Below, one piece after another: positions 1 to 9,800 of a DNA stretch of 20,000 nt. The notes under the pieces were generated by a model. That model was not told the origin of the DNA. It made no database searches and worked only from the letters and a program-made list of their open reading frames with translations. This DNA is from an uncultured virus (IMG/VR IMGVR_UViG_3300050020_000041). Taxonomy: Duplodnaviria > Heunggongvirae > Uroviricota > Caudoviricetes. Within the stretch, counting starts at the first letter, position 1. Every line of letters begins with the position of its first letter. The translations under genes were made by a program, and so were the position numbers. The stretch is taken from IMG/VR virus record IMGVR_UViG_3300050020_000041, positions 57,780 to 77,779 of that record, one strand, 5' to 3'.

Positions 1-1
1 A

Positions 2-847
2 GCATGTTTCACCACTTCTGGAGTGGCTGATTTTGCGAATGCGAATCACCTGACTCAGGTGTTCTCGGGAAAAACATGTCAGATATCGACTAATGCATCT
101 GCGACTTATAGCTGCAAGGTGCGTCCGCTAATATCAGGTCAGCAGGTCGGGGCATCGCTCGTAGGTTCAGTTACCTCTGGTTCGGCAGGAATACCGCCTA
201 ATGCAGTTCCTATCGTATCGTCTTATATTGACATCAGAAGCTACGGTTGCGTAATTACAATGATTCATGATTATGTAGGAGTGATCTCAGCTGTGACGGT
301 TCAGATGGTGCCTGGTACAGGCGGTTATAGTGTCACGAGCTTACCCGGCGCAGTGGTCGGAGAAGTTATCAGCATTCTCGTATCAGGCACATTGATAGAC
401 TACATGATAATGTATGCGGATGGAAATACTATTCAGCTTGGAAGTATGAACGGTGTAACGACATGGCCGTCAACAGGTGCGCATGATGCTCTGATAGCCG
501 GTTCTAAAAGAGGGAGACAGATCCTGAGAGTAAATAAGTTACCCATTGACTATCAGCTCATCAAAATCGACTTTGACTGCGATGCTCACATGGGAGAGGA
601 CGTTACGCTCAGGGTATATCAGGAAGGAAACGAGGCTCAGTATGATTCGATACCAACGATCAATGCAAGTGACAGCGTATTCACTAATGACGCGGACTTG
701 ATAATCTCGCAGACTCACGGAGAAAGAAATTTAATTGCAGATGTATGGGATGCAGTAGCTGGGCTTAATAGAGGCGGCATCAGTGGCCGATTAACGATAT
801 ATGCGATTCCGCTAAGCACTTCAGTAAGGGAGAATAGTGCGTTATGA
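2..847 (+). CDS. C-terminal part of a probable virion structural (tail-associated) protein, 5'-truncated by the window
   Basis: The frame is already open from position 2 (GCA TGT TTC ACC ACT TCT GGA GTG...), so the GTG at 23 is probably not the true start. Beta-rich composition. Its TGA overlaps the ATG of the giant gene (ATGA, 844-847). Confidence 0.6.
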   Translation, partial: ACFTTSGVADFANANHLTQVFSGKTCQISTNASATYSCKVRPLISGQQVGASLVGSVTSGSAGIPPNAVPIVSSYIDIRSYGCVITMIHDYVGVISAVTVQMVPGTGGYSVTSLPGAVVGEVISILVSGTLIDYMIMYADGNTIQLGSMNGVTTWPSTGAHDALIAGSKRGRQILRVNKLPIDYQLIKIDFDCDAHMGEDVTLRVYQEGNEAQYDSIPTINASDSVFTNDADLIISQTHGERNLIADVWDAVAGLNRGGISGRLTIYAIPLSTSVRENSAL

Positions 848-3800
848 TAGGCATTACGTATAATGACGATTCCGTTATTATCTATGGTCAGAAGTTCGGT
901 TCCAATGGATTGCCGGACGTTGGCGTAGAGGTAGTCATATATGATCCTGCCCTCGCGAAAGTGGTCGCAAGGGACGTAACCAGACTATATGGCAAGTATT
1001 CCCTGGTGGTCCCGAAAGACGAGATACCCGACGGTAAATATGAATTAAGATTCTACGGTGGCGGGTATCTGCCTAAGTTAGTACCGGATGGAGATTGGGA
1101 ATCATTCCAGGTAGGAAGCGGTACGAGTTTCGGGGCGATTGCACTGAATTCGAACTGTGGCGGCATTTTCAAGCGTTATGAAGATGGCTCGATAACACCA
1201 AGTTCCACGATTGTTACATGTTCTGTTACGAACATCTCGCCCACAAATTTTATATGGACAAAGAATGGTGTCACTCAATCGGGACACACGTCAACGCTAA
1301 CTGTTCTGGCAACGGATTTCAGCAGCGATCTGATTGTAATAACTTGTACGGTAGAAGGATTGCTGGATGGAAGAGTTATGACTCCGATGATGGATGTTCT
1401 AACGCTTACGCGGTTAACGGATGGCTCCGGAGCCTATTCAGTAATTCTCTCAAATGAAGTTCTGGTCATTGCTACTGATAAAGATGGCAATAACCCGGTA
1501 CCGTCATCAGGTTACACAGATGTTCAGCTTTTCAAGGGCATCAATGAAATAACGCCGACATTCTCAGAGGAAGATTCGTCAGCCTACGGCTGTAACGCAG
1601 CCATACCTGAAGACGGCTCCCGGATAACCATTGACATGTTTACGGCCGACACGGGCTATGCGGATATTGTCATTCTGGATGGCTCGACATATGTAACTAC
1701 GAAACGATTCAGTTTTGTAAAGTCCAAACAGGGGGCGACAGGTGCGGCAGGAGCTAACGGAATTAACGGACCAGGCGTAACGTATAGGGGAACTTACGAT
1801 CCGGCGAAAACATATCGCGCGACTAATGATTTCAGAGATGTAGTTAGATACAGAGTTTTAATAACAGATCCTTGGGTTTATTATTTCTGCAAGGTTGATA
1901 ACTCGACCGGAACATTCGATCTGACACACTGGACAGCCCTTGCATATTTCGAGACAGTAGCAACGGGACTGCTCTTAACAGATGATGCGGTTATAACTCA
2001 TTGCCTGACATTGGGTACAGATGGAGCTTACAGCGGAATCCTACGCTCAGCTAATGCCACAGCCGCTTTGGCTGGTAATGGTCTTTTTATGTCCGACTCG
2101 ACAAATGGAATTTTCAGAGTAGGCTCGGTAGTCTCGGGCGCGCTGAGTAAAGGAATTTACTGGGATGGCTCGGACATACAGGTGCAGAGCGCCAATTTTA
2201 TATTACAGCAAGGCAAGTTATGGGCAAATTCAGGTGGATTTGGTGGCTCATTTCTGACTCCCTCGATTGCTCTGAACTCCACCGGAATAACAGTCGGCAA
2301 TAAGATAGTAATTACGGACTCGACAACGATATTCGATGATCCGACAGCTCTCAGGGGTGCCAATGCTCTGCCAGTTTTCTCCCCGCTTGCTTCGTATTGG
2401 AATGTAACAGCTCTTGTTTTGGGTGGTGCGACGATTACGGGTGGCGCTTTGGACTTGAGTACAGGAAAAGAACAAGCAGCGTATGATTTGACAACGGTTG
2501 CGCTGAAGACTGGAGCCACGGTGCCTGAAGGTGTTCCGGGAACAGCGAGCACTTATGTCCTTTCATTCAGGGCGAAGTCAAATGCTATCGGTGCTCAGGC
2601 TGGCGAAGCTTATGTAAACATAAAGGACTCGGCTACCGGAACGTTGTTAAAGAAGGTGGGATTAAACTATGGAACGCTCCATACGGTCGTTATAGATCCG
2701 TATCTAGCCGAATACGAGTATTCGAACATAATGAGCGACTGGAATAATGTCACCATAAGTTTTCAGCACACGTCCAATGCCTTCAAGCTCGAATTTGTGG
2801 TCCGTAGCGGAGATGCGGTTTATGGAGAGGACTGTGACTTTGACAATGAACTGTTTGTCGATCAGATATATCTGACAGCGTATGCACCGAAAGTTATTCT
2901 GAGTGGACAAGGACTTCTGGTTTATCAGACGCCGCAAAGTTATTTTAAGATGAGTGCCAGCGAATTTGTCTTTAAGGGAATGGACGTGGAAGTGGAATCC
3001 CTCACGGTAAGAGGCAATATCTACCTGGCAGGCAGCACTTACGCTGCGGCAAGCAATTTAATGGGGACTACGAGTCCGATATTTACAATAGGTGTAGGCG
3101 GTAGTTCTCTGACCAAACTGATTTTCGATAACACCGTTCAGGGCATATTGTCTTACAACGGAACGATCTTCAGCCTGTCAAGAGGTCTTTCGGTATCAGG
3201 CGGCATAACGCTAAGCAGTCTTGTAAGTGGATTTCTGAAAACCGACGCAAGTGGTGTGCTCTCAACGTTAGCTCAGCTGAGCAACGCGGATATTGCAAGT
3301 GCTGCGGCAATAGCATGGACTAAGATAAGTAAGGCAGGCTCGAATCTGACTGATATGGCTACGAGAAATCACTCGGATTTGTCGGGAGTCGGAACAAATG
3401 CACATTCAGTAATAGATACGCATATAGCCACAACAGGCGATGCGACGATTCATCATGTCCACAGCAATAAGACGTATCTGGACGCAATTAACCAGGCACT
3501 TGCTACAACAAGTATCGTCACCTTTTCGTATTTAACTACCGCGCACGATGCTACGATAAATGGAATTGTAAATGTAAACCCGCCGTCTCCTGTTGCGCCC
3601 TTCGTCCTGAATTCTAATGCACGGGGACATCTGGTAACGGGGTTGAACGCCGATCAGGTGGATGGATTTGATTTGAACCAAGCATTGCTCACCACGAGCA
3701 GTCCGACATTTTCCGCGCTGACGATTACAAATGATTTGACCATAGGTGGCTGTTTTACTGTCAATGGTACTACGGTAACGATCAATGCTACGACCTTAAC

Positions 3801-6800
3801 AGTTGATGACAAGAACATTGAGATTGGCTCAGTTAATACGCCCACGGATGCGACAGCAAATGGAGGCGGTCTGACATTAAGGGGTACGATAGACAAAACG
3901 ATTATGTGGGACAGTACGAATAATAACTGGACCGCGAGTGAGAACTGGAACTTATTAACCGGAAAAGTATTCAAGATAAATAACGTCCAGGTATTAAGCG
4001 CAACTGCTTTGGGGAATGGTGTGTTGGCATCCTATCTGACCTCAGTCGGAGTCTTGACTTCATTGGCGGTTGCGGGGGATGCTGTATTCGGCACTGGCAC
4101 GCACAAGTTGACAGTTTCAACGTTTAACGGCAATGCCATGTGGATAGATATGCCGACCACCGGCCCATCCGGCATAGGCAGTGGCGGAGCGGGTGCAGAT
4201 GCATGGATTGCTTATGTGCAAATCCCAGGACATTGGTTCGACGACTCGGAAAGCGGGGACATAGCATATCGGAACACGTCGGGAAGACTTTTATTCGGAA
4301 CTAATGGCGTGTCGCCAACGCTTATCGTACAAGGCGAGTGTGTCGGTATCAATGTGATGTCGCCAGCTGTAGCCCTGGATGTGGACGGTGGCATTCGACT
4401 ATCGGGATATTTAGAAGTGCATGACCTTGGAGCTAATGGGAATGACGGGGATGTCACGATCTCGGGCTGGGGAGAAATGATCAGGTTCGGTGACTCGGAG
4501 TTACATTACGAGAGTGATACTCATTATTTTCACAATGCCGCCGGTTCGGACTATAGACTGACAATCGTCAATACTGGTGTGGGCATAGGGCGTCCAGATG
4601 CAGCGACCAGATTACATGTCGGGGATAACGACTCCCAGAATACTGTAAGGGTAATGGGGCACGGTGCAAATAAAGCGGCGGTTGTATCGTTATTCAATTA
4701 TGGTAATAGGGAAGGGTTCATTGCTCAGACAGCGGGAAGTTTATATATCGGAAATGCGAGCGGATTAGCCAACTACAATGATGCAACCATTATTGCAGGG
4801 GCGAACATTACGATTACGAATGCTGGTAAAGTTGGAATCGGAATGACTCCGGATAACAAGCTGGATGTTAATGGTGAGATATTCATCCCGAATAACAATG
4901 GCTTGCTATCCAAGAATACATCGGGAACCGTAGTCCCCCTGATTAAACTGACGGCTTCGAATAATTTAAGATTGTTGACAGGCTTCAACTCGAACATCGA
5001 GATCTTTAACACAGCACAGGATACCCAGTTAGTTACGTTTACGAATGCAGGATATGTAGGTATCGGCTGTATTCCAGCGGTTACCTTGGAGGTGAATGGA
5101 ACTTCTTATTTCGGAGTACCGGGTGCCACTCGGGTTAGTATAACTGGTGGCGGGTATATTGGAACGATAAGTCCCTCTGCCAATGATAATATAATAGTAA
5201 GAGCAAAAGGCACTGGTTCAGTCTTCGTCGGCTATGGAAATGGTTCGGGCGGGCTAAGAATTTATGATGGCGGCACAGCAAACATAGGTAGCTGGATAAG
5301 TGGAAGTACCGCCAATTCATATCTGAATGCGAATGGTGGCAACGTAGGCGTTGGACTCTCCGGCCCCACCTATCATTTGGAAGTTAGGGGTGGCTCGGCA
5401 GGCGGTAATGTGGCACTTTTCGAGGGGAATAATGCATCAGATGGCTCAGGTGCGTCGTTCTGTATGAAGGCAGATAGTTATAATGGAGTCTTCTCCGCAA
5501 AGAACTACAAGGGTGCTTATGATGCCGGAATAAATTTGATTCAGGATGGAAGTTTAGCAGCAAGAAGATATTCGTTACTTGTTCAAGCTAGTACAGGCAA
5601 TTTGCTTTTCGCTACGGACACGTCAAATAGTTTTAGTGGTCTGGCAGGGACGGTATTAGCAGCGCTTACATCGACAGGTAATTTCGGTCTGGGAATTATA
5701 GCAGCAACAGCCAAGATCCATATTTCCGGAAATGGTGGGTGGGCATCTGCAATCCGTATGGACAATACGTCAGGGCATAACTGGTCAATGTATCCGACCG
5801 CCTCGTATTACACGATAAATGATGAGACAGCTGGTGTGGCAAGGATATCAATAGATAATACTGGTAATGTCGGCATTGGCAGGAACCCTGGCGCTAAGCT
5901 GGATGTCAATGGAGATCTTAGAGTATCACAAGGGACAGGCACTTCAGCGGTTCCATACATAAGACTGTATAACACCGATACAGGCGGTTGGATGTGGCGT
6001 ATTGGTTTGCATAGCAGTGATTTTTATATAGGCGCAGCAAATGATACCGACCAGTTGCTGACCATTAGTAGTGCGGGCATCGTAACGATTAAGAGTACCG
6101 CAGACTCAGCGTTAACAAATTGTGGCGGAATTAGCAAGAATGATTTCGCTTCTCAGACAACAGGTTATCGCATAACCCAGCATGGTGATGCCGATTTCAG
6201 GTCGATTTATGCTGATCAGTTGCACGTCAAAAGTTTTATCGCCGATTTAGAGCAGACATTGGCAGGCGAACAAATGATATGCAAATCAGTCGCGAAACTA
6301 GCTGTTAATTTTGTCTATGTTCCTGGAGATGGAGATGATGGTTGGGGCGATTATTACGTCACTGTGGAAGAGTTCGACGGCTTTATAGGAAATGTTTTCG
6401 AAGACAATGATGTGGTCAGATTCAGAGTCCAGTCGCGGATAAGTGGCGGATTGAATGTCACCGATATGTATGGGTGGGTATTCTTCGATAGCAGATATGG
6501 AAGTGGCGCAGATCCGAAACCTTGGACGCAGACATATCTTTTTCAACCGTTCCAGTACCCCACATCTGCAATAACGTTCACGAAGGGTTCGCTGGCTCTT
6601 GACTATGGTGCCGCGGGAAACGGTTATTATGAAGTGTCAGCCATCGATGGTAATAATGGTAGCAATAGTCCTTATTCCCAGATAGTGACTTGGGATTACG
6701 ATTATGATGAAGAGTGGAATACGCTAATGAGTCCCACCGTACAGTCAAGATTGGGAAATCTGGCGGGTATAACGTCCCCTGTATTTGGAGCCTTGAAGGA

Positions 6801-9800
6801 CTATGGTCTATGGACGCAAAATCTCTTTGCGGAAAAAAATGTAAGTATAGCCGGTACGTTGACAGCGGGAGACATCAGGGGCGTAGGTAATACTTTCATG
6901 GCGGGAAGGATTACGAGAAATCTCGCCCCTTATTCAGATTATTCGAACCACGTTTATGGTACGGTTTATACATGTGATCCGTCAACGGGATTCGGCTGGG
7001 GTGGGGACACAGGAACCGCAGTCTGTTATGCTAATGGCGGCTACTCGGATCTGCCTTATAAGGTGTTAAATAAAACTACGGGCGGAACAGGCGGAATTTA
7101 TCTTGATTCCTCGCCAGGCATCCAGATTTATTCGGGCAGAACGTATCTTATAAGTTGCTGGCTTAAAGCGTCGAGTGCATATACTGATACAGATGGGCAG
7201 ATGCTGGGATTGAATAGAATCGCCGACAACGTTTACAAGTCAGGCACCACTCCGCTTTCGATCACTACTGAGTGGAAGAGATTTTATAGAACATACTTCG
7301 CTTCGTCCTCGGATACTGGTATTTACCAGAATAGAGCGATTTTATATGAAGATGCGATTCTACCGCTCAGCGTTTATTCCTGCGGTTTTCAGGTCGAAGA
7401 TATAACCGGAACGATACAGAAAATCCCGTCACAGTTTCAGCCGACCGATGCAGGTAGTGCAATAACTTATGGTCCCGAGCTAATTACGAATGGCACAGAC
7501 TGGATGCATAGTACTAACGTGACGCCAGGACTGGCTGATGGATTTGTAGCTACATACGATAGCGCAAAATTTACTGTCACCTATAGTCTCACGTCAGGTA
7601 ATGGTTTTACCGGAAATGCGCAAAGGGTTCATCTTGATACCAGCACTTCAGGCGGAGTAGGAGGCTGGTGGGGCATAATGAATGGTCCGACGAACCAACT
7701 AACGGTAGGCAAGAAATACTCGTTTTCAATGAAATACAGGTCGTCCTATCCAATGTGTATTCAAGCACAGGGAGGTGCAGTATATGTCAACTATCCGGTG
7801 AATACTGGTAGTTGCCAAAGTGCAACCGGCATGTTCATTGCGACAAGTCCAGGGTTCTTCATGGGAGTATGCTTAACTTCGTTTGCTGGTTCATGGCTTG
7901 AGATAGATGAAGCGTCTCTTAAAGAAATCACAGAGAATGATGAGGAATACGGAATGTGGGTATGCGCCGGCGGCATAGGCGGTACGATGCAGAACCCGGT
8001 CGTGTCGATAGCAGATTATGGATTGAGAATAAGAAGCGCAGAGCATACTATCGGTTTGGCGGACGGTTCAATCATGATAGGGAATATCACGGGAACAGCA
8101 GTCTCTGCGTTAAAGCTCACGAATACAGGCGTTCCCCTGACATCAGGATTGTTTGGCTACACGTCAGGTGGTGGTGAATCTTTTGCACTTAGATTAAATG
8201 GTACAGCAAGTTTAGCGGGATGGGACTTTGATACAGCCACTCTGTCATCGGCAAGCAAGGTTTTCATATCGACGGCAGCTCAGACAGCTGCTGTGGATAC
8301 AATTAAGATTGATGCTGCCAACACACGAATCTTCGTAGGTTCTTCCATTTCGTTGTCTGGTTTATCGGCAGGGACTATACTAATCGGTTCAGCCGCTTCA
8401 GTTGATGCCGGAGTAGGGATTTATGCAGATGGCAATGGTAATTTCAGGGCGGGCATGGCTACGTCTTCAGGAACGGACTTCATAAAAGTCACTCCGACAG
8501 CTACGACTATTAAAGCCAGTGTATTCAGTCTGGTCGCCAACACAGATGATCTGGTCATTGACTCCGTAAATAAGAAAATTTCTTTGGCGGCAGGCGCAAT
8601 AGTATTAGATGGTGGTGTGTCGGCTACATGTTCGGTTATTACGGTAGGTCCGACGGCCGGTAGCAAGATCCAGCTTTATGGAGATACCAATTTAGCAAGT
8701 ATAAGTACAGGTAAGACCTCGTATTCAGATACCACAGCGGGATTCTGGATTGCCAGGAACTCGGGTGTAACGGAATTCTATGCCGGGGATGCAACTTCAT
8801 ATCTGAAATTTATCAGCACAGGTGTCGTGTCTATTAAAACGTCAAGTTTTACTTTGGCAAGTGGGAAAACCGTAGCCTCCGATACGACCAATGCGGGCTT
8901 ATGGATAAATGGAACTGATTTCTATGTCGGGACTGCTTCAGATGCGTCTTACTTGAAATACGTGTCCGGTGCACTCAGCATGAAAGCAAGCACGTTTAAT
9001 TTGTCCACATCGACGATTGTAATTTCAAGTGCGTCAACTGGTTCGATAGCACTTGGCTCGGCAACAGCTTTCGGCACAGGAATAGGTTTGTGGTTAGATG
9101 GTGGCGGAAACTTTAGGGCAGGTACAACGGCGGGTAATAGAATCTCATACGCAAGTGATGGTACGGTTACGTTGGTATCGAATTATGCCCAGATAACAGG
9201 AAATTCGGGATGGCTCGGAGCCAGTAACTTTCTGACTTGGTCCAATACAACAGTAACGGCGGCGGGCTGGACAATCGATGCGAGCAGAATCTATAAGGGA
9301 TGGGCGCTTGGAGTCGGTGCGGGATGGGTATCTCTTGCAAATGAACACGGCGGAACAGGATACGGTCAGAACATTTACGGGGCTGGACTTTCTCTCTCGG
9401 TGGATACAGGCGTTGTTTCATATAATATGTATTTCGGTGAGCTCCCGATAGCAAAGGATGGCTCGAATAACTGGACGTTTGGAACAACACCTACGACCAG
9501 AAAGCATGGTTTCGGGATATTCGATTACAATAATGCAAGTCCGTTTATCGAGTTCAGCTATTTGAACAATGTCAAGAAAGCTGTTATTGCGGGCTGGGAT
9601 TTCACTACGTCTATGTTGCGCAATGGAGTTACTGCTGGTAACACCGGCAATACGATGTATTTCAATAATGCGAATACGACCGGGACAGGAACGATTTACG
9701 GTCAGGAGATCATACTGAAAGGAATTGTCCAGGTATGGAGACAAAGCAATAACGCGGGACATCTGGTTTTGGGAGAACTGGCTGCAAGCGCAACTTCTGT